Part shown: positions 1 to 8,997 of the stretch, one piece after another | How the letters are laid out: each line of letters opens with the position of its first letter | Numbering within the stretch: the first letter of the stretch is position 1 | Assembly (NCBI GenBank): GCA_964291575.2 | Contig: OZ219850.1 | Location: forward strand, 170,808 to 234,807 | DNA from: Opitutales bacterium | Lineage (GTDB): Bacteria > Verrucomicrobiota > Verrucomicrobiia > Opitutales > UBA2995 | DNA length: 64,000 nucleotides | Direction of reading: 5' to 3' | The notes under the pieces: model-generated | Databases searched by the model: none | What the model saw: only the letters and a program-made list of their open reading frames with translations | What the model was told of the DNA's origin: nothing | Made by a program: the position numbers and the translations under genes

Positions 1-2
1 CG

Positions 3-266
3 CGAGTAGCGAGCAACTCGGTAAGCAGAGAAGTGGTTTCGATCGAGGCCAAAGGGAATGCCACGATTGATGACCTGGCACATCTGGTCTCAGGCGAACG
101 CGGCAAAGTCGTATTTGAAGAAGGGGATGTTGAGCATGGCGTATGGTCCGCTGGAATGGTCCAGGGATTGATCTACGATATTCCGACTTGCAAGGAGCTC
201 ATTGAACGCATCGTCGACGAAGCAACTCAGATAATCGACAATCTTGGCACCCTATCCTCTTCCTAA
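3..266 (+). CDS. 3' end of a CDS entering from the left window edge; function not assignable
   Basis: Frame is open from position 3 (track ORF 33..266 starts at an internal GTG). Stop at 264-266. Same strand as the following acyl-CoA genes. Confidence 0.4.
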   Translation, partial: RVASNSVSREVVSIEAKGNATIDDLAHLVSGERGKVVFEEGDVEHGVWSAGMVQGLIYDIPTCKELIERIVDEATQIIDNLGTLSSS

Positions 267-314
267 GTATTTAATTCACCCACCTGATCACCACTCAAAC
301 TCAGCACACGAATC

Positions 315-1154
315 ATGTCTTACGAAACTGTTCTTTACGACGAAAGCGATCACATCGCAACCATCACGCTCAACCGCCCCGATCGCCTCAATGCAATTAC
401 CAGACAACTCCAGGAGGATCTGTACAACGCCATGATTCGGGCGGAACAAAGCGAGGACGTACGGGTAATTATCCTAACGGGAGCCGGACGTGGTTTTTGT
501 GCCGGAGCCGACATGAACCTTCTTGGTGATACTTCCGCAAAAGCCGACACATCTGAATTGACCGACGAAGAGTGGGTGCAAGAAAATTGCCGTCCGCATG
601 ACAGGGACCATGTCCGGGAAGATTTTAGAAAAACGAACAGTTATTTCCCTGGAATTTCGAAACCGATCATCGGTGCTATCAACGGCCCCTGTGTTGGACT
701 TGGGTTTGTGATCTCTCTTTATACGGATATACGATTTGCATCGGATAAGGTCAAATTCGGGACCGCTTTCGCTCAACGTGGATTGATCGCTGAGCATGGT
801 GTCAGCTGGATGCTCCCTCGGCTGGTGGGTCTTTCCAACGCGCTTGACCTGCTCTACTCGGCACGCCTCTTCGGCGCTGAAGAAGCGTTACGGATGGGAC
901 TGGTAAGCCGTGTGGTGCCGAACGATGACTTGATGGATGAAGTCAGGCAATATGCGACTCACTTAACTACCATGATATCCCCACGTTCGTTAAAAGAAAT
1001 GAAACGGGAGGTCTACAATGCCCTCTTTCAAACCCTGTCTGAAGCCACCGATGCAGCCAATCTGGATATGGCAGCCAGTTTCCGCACCGACGACTTCAAA
1101 GAAGGAGTCGCACATTATCTGGAAAAGAGAGCGCCTAATTTCACGGGAAAGTAG
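315..1154 (+). CDS. enoyl-CoA hydratase/isomerase (crotonase) family protein
   Basis: 279 aa. N-terminal ITLNRPDRLNA and oxyanion-hole region GAGRGFCAGADM are typical of crotonases. ATG start. Confidence 0.9.
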   Translation: MSYETVLYDESDHIATITLNRPDRLNAITRQLQEDLYNAMIRAEQSEDVRVIILTGAGRGFCAGADMNLLGDTSAKADTSELTDEEWVQENCRPHDRDHVREDFRKTNSYFPGISKPIIGAINGPCVGLGFVISLYTDIRFASDKVKFGTAFAQRGLIAEHGVSWMLPRLVGLSNALDLLYSARLFGAEEALRMGLVSRVVPNDDLMDEVRQYATHLTTMISPRSLKEMKREVYNALFQTLSEATDAANLDMAASFRTDDFKEGVAHYLEKRAPNFTGK

Positions 1155-1198
1155 AAATACGCCAGGGATTGGCATAGAAGTAGTGCATTTTGGATTCC

Positions 1199-2428
1199 AT
1201 GACCGCAGGCAGTTCCTCTGATCCCAAAGACAAATTACTGGCGGGATACACCGTCCTTGACTTTACCCGAGTGCTCGCAGGCCCCTACTGCACACGCCTA
1301 CTTGCCGATCTGGGAGCCCGGGTAATCAAAGTCGAACGTCCCGGGGAAGGAGACGAAATCCGTTACACCGTGAGCCAACTGGAAGAAGGGCGCGTCGATC
1401 AAAGCAGTTATTTCGTACGCATCAATGCCGGGAAACAAGGCATCGCCATCAACCTTGCACATCCGGATGCGCGCGAACTCATACTCGACTTGTTGAACAA
1501 GGCCGACGTGTTGGTGGAAAATTTCTCTCCCGGTGTAATGGCTCGCCATGGTTTGGACGCTGAATCATTGCGGGCCATCAAGCCTGAGTTGATCTATTGC
1601 TCCATCTCCGGGTTTGGACAATCCGGTCCCAATAAATCAGATAGAGCCTACGCTCATCTCATCAATGCAATATCCGGAATGATGGACCTCGATCGAAGTG
1701 GCGAAGCAGAACCGCGTGTTCAGTACCTTCAAGCCGCCGATGTGCTTGCGGCCACGCACGCATTTGGGGCGATCTCTGCAGCCCTCCTTCGCCAGGCGCG
1801 CACGGGTCAAGGGGCGACTCTCGACGTCTCCATGTTCGAATCACTCATCGCCTCAGACGACAATACCTTCGGCGCCCTGATAAACGGAGGACCCGTTGAG
1901 CGACGGGCAAGACCCGGTATGGTCGTACATCGTGTAGGCGATCGGCACATTGCCTTGCAATCAGCCGGCTCATCCCACTTGTGGAATCGCTTGACAGAAA
2001 CCATGGAGAAGCCTGCCCTAAAAGAGGATCCGCGTTTTGTCACACCCATGGCCCGCCGTGTCCATTGGTCCGAATTGCTCGATGAGATTTACGGTTGGCT
2101 GGATACATTTGATTGTGTCGAAGACCCCCTGAATCGCCTGTTGGATGCAGGAGTACCGGCAACCCCGATGCTTACGCCGGAAGAAGCGATTGAACACCCT
2201 CAACTTCTTGCCCGAGAAGCCTTTCCAGAAATCGAACACCCCGGCCGAGGCCCCATAAAAGTTACGGCATCCCCCTTTCATGTGGACGGACAAGCGACGC
2301 ACCCACAGGGACCGGCCCCTCATCGAATCGGGGAACAAACGCACGATGTGCTTAGCGAGCTTCTTGGTTACTCCGAGCAGAAAATCAAGACGCTGCAAAA
2401 CGCGGGTGTAGTAGATGGTCCGGATTGA
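1199..2428 (+). CDS. family III CoA-transferase (CaiB/BaiF-like)
   Basis: VLDFTRVLAGPYCTRLLADLGARVIKVERPGEGD is the classic N-terminus of class III CoA transferases. The track ORF starts at TTG 1190; the first ATG is 1199. Confidence 0.88.
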   Translation: MTAGSSSDPKDKLLAGYTVLDFTRVLAGPYCTRLLADLGARVIKVERPGEGDEIRYTVSQLEEGRVDQSSYFVRINAGKQGIAINLAHPDARELILDLLNKADVLVENFSPGVMARHGLDAESLRAIKPELIYCSISGFGQSGPNKSDRAYAHLINAISGMMDLDRSGEAEPRVQYLQAADVLAATHAFGAISAALLRQARTGQGATLDVSMFESLIASDDNTFGALINGGPVERRARPGMVVHRVGDRHIALQSAGSSHLWNRLTETMEKPALKEDPRFVTPMARRVHWSELLDEIYGWLDTFDCVEDPLNRLLDAGVPATPMLTPEEAIEHPQLLAREAFPEIEHPGRGPIKVTASPFHVDGQATHPQGPAPHRIGEQTHDVLSELLGYSEQKIKTLQNAGVVDGPD

Positions 2429-2508
2429 GTTGGGAAACCTGTGAACAGCGAGCCCGGGTTTCCATCTCCTTTTGGACCCCTTTATGGAATGAAAGCCCCG
2501 AAGCTTAC

Positions 2509-2532
2509 ATTCTACCTACCGTTCGGTAGAAT
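2509..2532. promoter_or_regulatory. 24-bp palindrome ATTCTACC-N8-GGTAGAAT (candidate operator or leader hairpin), site 1
   Basis: Perfect 8-bp arms about 100 bp upstream of the 2633 start. A further half-site CCGTTCCGTAGAA lies at 2546-2558. Related sites at 16237 and 23131. Confidence 0.3.
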
Positions 2533-2632
2533 TAAATCTTGAACCCGTTCCGTAGAAGAACTGGAATCCTGATACCGAATAAATTCCAATTCCTTTACCC
2601 GGAATTACAAAAAAGACCCAAGGAAAGAGTAT

Positions 2633-4714
2633 ATGGCTGCAATAACAGATATGGTTGACCTGGAGATTCGAGACGGCGTGGCCGTCGTGCGGATTGATAA
2701 CCCTCCGGTAAACGCACTCAGTAGAGGTGTAAGAGATGGTTTGTTTGGAGCGATCACGCAGGCGGATGCAGATGAGGCTGCCGTGGCAATACTCATCATC
2801 TGCGAGGGCCGTACCTACATTGCCGGTGCGGACATCAAAGAATTTGGCAAACCTCAGGAAGGCACCTCGCTCTTTAAAGTCCAAGAGGTCATTGAGGGTG
2901 CATCCAAACCCGTGATATCCACAATTCATGGTACTGCTTTGGGTGGCGGATTGGAAGTCGCCCTCACCTGTCACTACCGCGTCGCGGTTGCTTCGGCCAA
3001 ATTCGGCTTGCCGGAAGTGCATTTGGGAATCCTTCCCGGTGCCGGAGGAACTCAACGCCTGCCAAGGGTCGTAGGCGTGGAACCGGCCATGGAGATGATG
3101 GTGAGTGGCAAACCTGTGAACGCAAAATTCGCCCTCGCAAACGGCCTCATTGATGAAATCGTCGACGATCTATTCGAAGGCGGCATGGCCTTTGCGAAAA
3201 AAGTCGCGGCCGAAGGAGGACCACTGGTCAAAGTCCGAGACAACAACGAGAAGCTCGAGGAAGCCAAGCAGGACGCGGAGCTCTTTGATCGATTTCGCAA
3301 GAAAATTGCCCGCAAGACACGAGGTTTTGACTCACCGGAAGCGATTATCCAATGCGTTGAGGACACCCTGACCAAATCGTTTGACGAAGGAATTTTGGCG
3401 GAACGTGAACGTTTCATGAAACTGATCACGGGTGCGAAGTCGGAAGCCCAACGCTACTATTTCTTCTCGGAACGACTGGCGAACAAGATCCCGGACGTCC
3501 CCAAAGATACCCCCACTATTCCGATTAAAAAAGTAGGCATGATCGGTGCCGGAACCATGGGTGGCGGTATCTCGATGAACTTTATTTCGAGAGGCATTCC
3601 TGTCACCATCGTGGAACACAAACAAGAAGCCCTGGACCGCGGATTGGCAGTGGTGCGCAAAAATTATATGCGGGGAGTCAAGAGCGGACGTACGACCGAA
3701 GAGAAAGTCGATGAGATGATGAGTCTCTTTACCCCCTCCCTCAACTTGGAAGACCTGGCCGACTGCGACCTGATCATCGAAGCCGTGTTCGAGCTCATGG
3801 ACATTAAGAAAGAAGTCTTCACCAAACTCGATGAAATTGCCAAAGACGGCGCTATACTGGCCACCAATTCTTCCGCGCTGGATGTTAATGAAATTGCCTC
3901 GGTCACCAAACGTCCCGAATGGGTCTTGGGGACTCACTTCTTCAGTCCCGCCAATATTATGCGCTTACTGGAAGTAGTCCGCGCCGACAAAACATCCAAA
4001 ACGGTTTTGGCCACAATCATGGGTTTATCAAAGTTCTTGGGCAAGGTACCGGTCGTCTCCGGAGTATGCCCCGGATTCATAGGCAATCGCATGCTCTTTC
4101 AAAGAGGTTATCAGACCAACAAATTGATTTTAGATGGAGCCATGCCCTGGGATGTGGACCGCGTTGTCTATGACTTTGGATTGCCCATGGGACCGTTCGC
4201 CATGTCCGACCTGGCGGGACTCGATATCGGCTGGGACCCCAGAACATCCAAGGGCGAAACGATTCGGGATCGACTTTGTGAAATGGATCGACGCGGACAA
4301 AAGACAGGCGCGGGTTTTTATAATTACGATCCTGAAACGAGGGCCAAATCACCCGATAAAGACGTGGAAGATCTCATCCTGGAATTCTCCGAGAAACAAG
4401 GCATCGTCCGACGCGAATTCAGCGACGAAGAAATCCTACAGCGATGCACTTACTCAATGATCAATGAAGGAGCAAAGATCCTGGATGAAGGCATGAGTCA
4501 ACGCCCCAGCGACATCGACGTTGTATGGGTAAATGGATACGGCTGGCCCACCTACCGTGGAGGGCCTATGCACTATGCGGATACGATCGGCCTGGAGAAC
4601 ATTCTGGCAACACTCATGCAGTTCCAGGAGCAGGACCAGGACGATTTCTGGCAACCTTCTCCACTGATCGAACGACTGGTAGCAGATGGAACAGGATTTA
4701 AGGACATGAATTAA
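2633..4714 (+). CDS. bifunctional enoyl-CoA hydratase / 3-hydroxyacyl-CoA dehydrogenase (FadB/FadJ-like)
   Basis: 693 aa. N-terminal crotonase domain (IDNPPVNAL, IAGADIKEF). Central Rossmann KKVGMIGAGTMGGGI plus 3HCDH C-terminal domains. Confidence 0.92.
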   Translation: MAAITDMVDLEIRDGVAVVRIDNPPVNALSRGVRDGLFGAITQADADEAAVAILIICEGRTYIAGADIKEFGKPQEGTSLFKVQEVIEGASKPVISTIHGTALGGGLEVALTCHYRVAVASAKFGLPEVHLGILPGAGGTQRLPRVVGVEPAMEMMVSGKPVNAKFALANGLIDEIVDDLFEGGMAFAKKVAAEGGPLVKVRDNNEKLEEAKQDAELFDRFRKKIARKTRGFDSPEAIIQCVEDTLTKSFDEGILAERERFMKLITGAKSEAQRYYFFSERLANKIPDVPKDTPTIPIKKVGMIGAGTMGGGISMNFISRGIPVTIVEHKQEALDRGLAVVRKNYMRGVKSGRTTEEKVDEMMSLFTPSLNLEDLADCDLIIEAVFELMDIKKEVFTKLDEIAKDGAILATNSSALDVNEIASVTKRPEWVLGTHFFSPANIMRLLEVVRADKTSKTVLATIMGLSKFLGKVPVVSGVCPGFIGNRMLFQRGYQTNKLILDGAMPWDVDRVVYDFGLPMGPFAMSDLAGLDIGWDPRTSKGETIRDRLCEMDRRGQKTGAGFYNYDPETRAKSPDKDVEDLILEFSEKQGIVRREFSDEEILQRCTYSMINEGAKILDEGMSQRPSDIDVVWVNGYGWPTYRGGPMHYADTIGLENILATLMQFQEQDQDDFWQPSPLIERLVADGTGFKDMN

Positions 4715-4759
4715 AGGTATGGCCTTAAACCCACATTAAAGGTATGGCCTTAAACCCAC
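4710..4759. repeat. perfect 25-bp tandem duplication (2 copies) spanning the stop of the FadB-like gene and the start of the next ORF
   Basis: ATTAAAGGTATGGCCTTAAACCCAC occurs at 4710-4734 and again at 4735-4759. Each copy carries TAA, an AAGG and an ATG. Confidence 0.9.
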
Positions 4760-5305
4760 CGAGCGAGGCATGGCTGAACCAGGTTCAAGAGCCGAACCTG
4801 GATCCGGAGCGTCCCATCGTGGACCCTCATCATCACCTCTGGGAATCACCTGCCTGGACCTACGCCTTGGAAGAGCTGTGGGCTGATACTGGATCGGGTC
4901 ACACTATTACAAAAACGGTATTTATTGAATGTCGCGCGAGCTACTTCGAAGATGGCCCGGATCATTTAAAACCCGTCGGCGAAACCACATTCGTTGAGGA
5001 GATTGCCTCTTGTCTATGCGAAGCTCGGTGGCCTTGCAATGCCGGACAACGGCTTCGGCTGGGACCGCCGCGATAGACCCGCCATGTCCGATGAATTTGT
5101 GGAAGCACAGGCGCGGTACTATCACCATACCATACAGTGTTTTGGAGCAGATCGCTGCATGTTTGAAAGCAACTTCCCCGTCGACCGAACTTCCATTTCC
5201 TACGCCGTCTTGTGGAACGGTTTGAAAAAGATCGCCGCTCAATATAGTGAGCCAGAGCAAACGGCCATGTTCAGTGAGACAGCAACCCGAATCTACCATC
5301 TATAA
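4744..5305 (+). pseudogene. amidohydrolase-2 (PF04909-like) gene with an internal out-of-frame deletion
   Basis: N-part (frame of 4744) has the DPHHHLW metal motif. C-part (frame of 4994) has YAKLGGL...CMFESNFPVD...IYHL. The two frames join near 5000-5012. Combined length is about 185 aa against roughly 280-300 aa expected for the family. Confidence 0.6.
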
Positions 5306-5314
5306 TCATACGAC

Positions 5315-7081
5315 ATGGATTCAGAGGACAAAGGCCCCCTTACCAGAGACGAAGCCATCGAATTGATGACTGCCGCTGAGTCACCTTTGCACGTCACGAA
5401 GACAAGCATTCGAGGGATAGAATACCAGGTATTCAAACATGCGCCCAATGACATGCGCGATCTATTCGATTATTCGAATGAGCATTTCAGAGACCGGGAC
5501 TTCCTGGTTTACGAAAAAGAACGATACACCTACGGCGATGTACATCAAAAATCCGTGGCCCTGGCCCACTCCCTCGTAGCACTTGGTATTGAGCCAGGCG
5601 ACCGGGTTGCAATTTCGATGCGGAACTATCCCGAATATGTCATCGCGCTGGAAGCCATTCTCGCAACCGGTGCCGTAGCGGTTACACTCAACGCATGGTG
5701 GGTGTCCAAAGAAATTGAATACGGCCTGGTTGATAGCGAAGCGCGGTTCGCGTTTGTCGATCACGAGCGCTGGGATCGTTTCATTCCTTCAAAAGACAAA
5801 TTGGATCTCGGTTTTGCCATTACACGAGTAAATGGAGAGTTGCCTTCCGGTGTACCGGCTATGACTGATCTCATGAAACCGACCTCTGACGAATCGTTTC
5901 CATCGCTCAAGATAGATGCCGACAGCGACGCCCTGATCATGTACACCTCTGGTTCCACCGATCATCCCAAAGGCGTGGTTCTTACCCACCGCGGTATTGT
6001 CAACGCCCTATTAAATTTTTTCTGCATCGGGGTGATAGGCGCGTTATCCGGAGAGGATAAGGGATTCAGACAATTGGTGGAAAACTGGCTGAAGGGTGGA
6101 GCCGCATCGATGGAAGACCCGATTGCTCTCAAACTACCTGAGGAACGGATGCTGGTCAATGTGCCGCTCTTTCATGTTTCAGGTTTACACACCATGCTCT
6201 TTTACAGCTTCCTGTCCGGACGAAAACTGTACCTCATGTATAAATGGGATGTAGAAAAAGCACTCGCACTGACTGAAAAAGAGAAGCTCACCACCATACA
6301 TGGCGTGCCGACCATGGTCGGAGAAATCCTGAACTCTCCTTCTTTGGAAAAACATGATTTGAGCAGCGTGACTTGGATCAGCGGAGGAGGTGCCGCGCGT
6401 CCACCCGAACATGTGAAACTCATTCAGGAGAAATTACCTCACGCAGTTCCGGGTGTGGGTTATGGGATGACAGAAACCAATGCCGCTGCCTCAACCATCA
6501 ATGGCTATGAATACATCCAGCGTCCATCCTCGGTAGGTAGAGCTTCCGCTCCCTTGATTGACATTCAAATTCGGGATTCAGACGGACACACGCTCGGCCC
6601 CAACGAAGAAGGAGAAATCTGCATGAAATCCTCCCTGAACATGCGATGCTATTGGAATAAGCCTGAGGCAACTCAGGAAACGCTCCGGGATGGTTGGATT
6701 TATTCGGGAGATCTGGGATACCTGAATGAAGACGGGTTTCTTTTTATTACCGGTCGAGCCAAGGACATCATCATTCGCGGAGGCGAAAACATCGCCTGCA
6801 GTGAAATTGAACATGTACTGTATGAACACCCTGCTGTGGACGAAGTCGCGGTGTATGGTGCACCCGATGACAGATTGGGAGAAATCGTATGTGCGAGCGT
6901 ATTTCTTAAACAAGACTGCACCGCCACCGAAGAAGAAATTAAGAATCACGTAGGTTCTCATCTATCGGCTTTTAAAGTACCCAGTCATATCCACTTCTCA
7001 TCCTCAAGGTTGCCCAGAATCGCATCGGGGAAAATGGATAAAATCACCCTGAAAAAACAAGCTGCCGATCGATGGTCGTGA
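5315..7081 (+). CDS. AMP-dependent acyl-CoA synthetase/ligase
   Basis: 588 aa. AMP-binding signature YTSGSTDHPKGV. GYGMTE and GWIYSGDLGY...RAKDIIIRGGENI motifs. Confidence 0.92.
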   Translation: MDSEDKGPLTRDEAIELMTAAESPLHVTKTSIRGIEYQVFKHAPNDMRDLFDYSNEHFRDRDFLVYEKERYTYGDVHQKSVALAHSLVALGIEPGDRVAISMRNYPEYVIALEAILATGAVAVTLNAWWVSKEIEYGLVDSEARFAFVDHERWDRFIPSKDKLDLGFAITRVNGELPSGVPAMTDLMKPTSDESFPSLKIDADSDALIMYTSGSTDHPKGVVLTHRGIVNALLNFFCIGVIGALSGEDKGFRQLVENWLKGGAASMEDPIALKLPEERMLVNVPLFHVSGLHTMLFYSFLSGRKLYLMYKWDVEKALALTEKEKLTTIHGVPTMVGEILNSPSLEKHDLSSVTWISGGGAARPPEHVKLIQEKLPHAVPGVGYGMTETNAAASTINGYEYIQRPSSVGRASAPLIDIQIRDSDGHTLGPNEEGEICMKSSLNMRCYWNKPEATQETLRDGWIYSGDLGYLNEDGFLFITGRAKDIIIRGGENIACSEIEHVLYEHPAVDEVAVYGAPDDRLGEIVCASVFLKQDCTATEEEIKNHVGSHLSAFKVPSHIHFSSSRLPRIASGKMDKITLKKQAADRWS

Positions 7082-7137
7082 CCGGTCCAAAACGAAATAG
7101 CGATCCAAGTACTAGAAGTTAACCCCAAGCATTTACC

Positions 7138-8205
7138 ATGAGCCAAACCATTAAAGCCGTACGCTGCCACCGGTACGCGGCATTCGACGACGAAGGAAAA
7201 CTATTACCCAAACCTCTACCGTTAAGAGAGGTTCTGAGTCTTGATGAGATTGAACGACCTGGGTGCGCTGATGAACATGTATTGATTGAAGTGCTCTACG
7301 CCAGTGTTCAATACCCGGACGCACTCCAGGCTCAAGGGCTCTATCAATTGAAACCAGACCTTCCCTACATTCCCGGAATGGATGTCGCCGGAACGGTATT
7401 GGAAGTGGGGGCCGGAGTGGAACACGTTGAACCGGGAGATCGGGTCGTCGCACAAATCAACCGGGGTGGTTTAGCGGAGATTACCAGCGCCCCTTCCCAA
7501 GTAGTGTTTAAAGCACCCGAGGGAGTAGACCTATCAAAATGTGCCAATCTTGGGCGCAACTTTATTCCCGCCTATTTTCCACTGAAAGTCATTGGAGAAA
7601 CAAAGCCCGGAGATCTCGTTCTTGTCGATGGAGCCTCTGGGGGCGTGGGAATGGCAGCGGTGGAATTAGCCAAAGCCATGGGCGCGCAAGTCATTGCAGG
7701 AGTCAGCGTTCCAGAGAAGATGGAATTCCCCAAAGCGGCCGGAGCCGACCGGGTTTTCTGCTACGGAAACGATCGTGAAAGCTACAAGCAATTCAAAGCC
7801 GATGTTAAACAGGCAGCCAAGGAATTGGGCCACCCGGCAGGAGTCGACTTGGTCATAGACATGGTACAAGGAGCGCTTTTTGAAGGAGCCCTCATGTCCT
7901 GCATCAGACCCTTTGGAAAAATTTGCCTGGTAGGATTTACCGCCGGGCAAAACCCGATTCGCCCGGGAATGATTTTGATCAAGGAGGCTGCAGTGATTGG
8001 CAGTTTGTGGGGTCGTTGGTCTGCGGAAAACCCTGAGAGCCATCGCCAGAACGTGACCGAGATCATTCGTTTCATGGAAAACGGAGCGGTCTGTCCGAGA
8101 GTCGGTCGCATTTTTCCAAAGGAAGCATTTATTCAGGCCTTTGAGCTGTTTGAAACGAATCGAGGCCGGGGCAACACGGTAATTTGCTTCAAAGATGAGT
8201 CATGA
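7138..8205 (+). CDS. NADPH:quinone oxidoreductase / zinc-type MDR family dehydrogenase
   Basis: 355 aa. Cofactor-binding [23 protein letters not shown]. GroES-like N-terminal region. Confidence 0.85.
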   Translation: MSQTIKAVRCHRYAAFDDEGKLLPKPLPLREVLSLDEIERPGCADEHVLIEVLYASVQYPDALQAQGLYQLKPDLPYIPGMDVAGTVLEVGAGVEHVEPGDRVVAQINRGGLAEITSAPSQVVFKAPEGVDLSKCANLGRNFIPAYFPLKVIGETKPGDLVLVDGASGGVGMAAVELAKAMGAQVIAGVSVPEKMEFPKAAGADRVFCYGNDRESYKQFKADVKQAAKELGHPAGVDLVIDMVQGALFEGALMSCIRPFGKICLVGFTAGQNPIRPGMILIKEAAVIGSLWGRWSAENPESHRQNVTEIIRFMENGAVCPRVGRIFPKEAFIQAFELFETNRGRGNTVICFKDES

Positions 8206-8695
8206 AGCAAAATATCCAAGAACTGGATACAAAGGGTGTTACAATCCAAAAAAGAGTTATAATGCACCATAATTTCCATGATAGTACAAATCCACTCGAA
8301 TCCAAAGTCAGTTGTTTACCAGATATGGATTTCACACTCCGCAATCACAGCAACTTGCACCTTATATCATAAAAATACATTCAGCTGCTGCCTCCATCTA
8401 GCAAACCATCCAGTTTAACACTTAAAGAATAAAATGATATGCCAAGTCTAGAAAACCACTCTGAAATACTTCATACTTCGCACCACTCAACGTATCGATT
8501 GCCTCTACGCCAGAAAGGCTCGAAGCTCAAGCCAAGGCGGCCTGAGCCTTCGGCGCATCCCACAGGCTGATCAAAACTGAAGGCGCCCGTGGTGGCAAGG
8601 CCGCCGCATGACCGAAATCCAGCATCAGGCTTAAAATTTGCCCCGAGGTGAGATTGAAAGCCGCCGCAAGACGCGAATCGAGCGCAACTGAGAAA

Positions 8696-8786
8696 ATAAT
8701 CAGAAATTTATTCCTTGACTCAAAGCATCGAATTCAAATAAAAAACGCAAAATATCCATAATCGGAAATTTAATCCTTGACTCAAA
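8696..8786 (+). promoter_or_regulatory. two 29-nt direct repeats ATAATCRGAAATTTAWTCCTTGACTCAAA (TTGACT -35-like core) in the AT-rich leader of the TonB receptor gene
   Basis: Copies at 8696-8724 and 8758-8786 are 27/29 identical by eye. They lie about 210-300 bp upstream of ATG 8998. Confidence 0.25.
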
Positions 8787-8997
8787 TGCCTGGCTTCTAG
8801 CTGTAACATAGGCCTACCTATCTTCTTTTCATCTAATTACACCCAGAATGGAGCTCGAGTACCCATATCTTTTGAGCCGATGTCCTATTGGCCCAGGGCG
8901 ACGCTGTATTCATTCTTCTCACGCCAGTCCCGTCGGAGTGGTTACCGAGTCCATTCTGTCTCTGCTTGGAACCCCGAACCCATGATACAAACAAAAT

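Noticed and set aside
8500-8700. Cobalamin riboswitch upstream of the TonB-dependent receptor.
   Set aside because: I could not find the B12 box or the conserved GGTG..GAA..CC core. The only evidence is a GC-rich patch.
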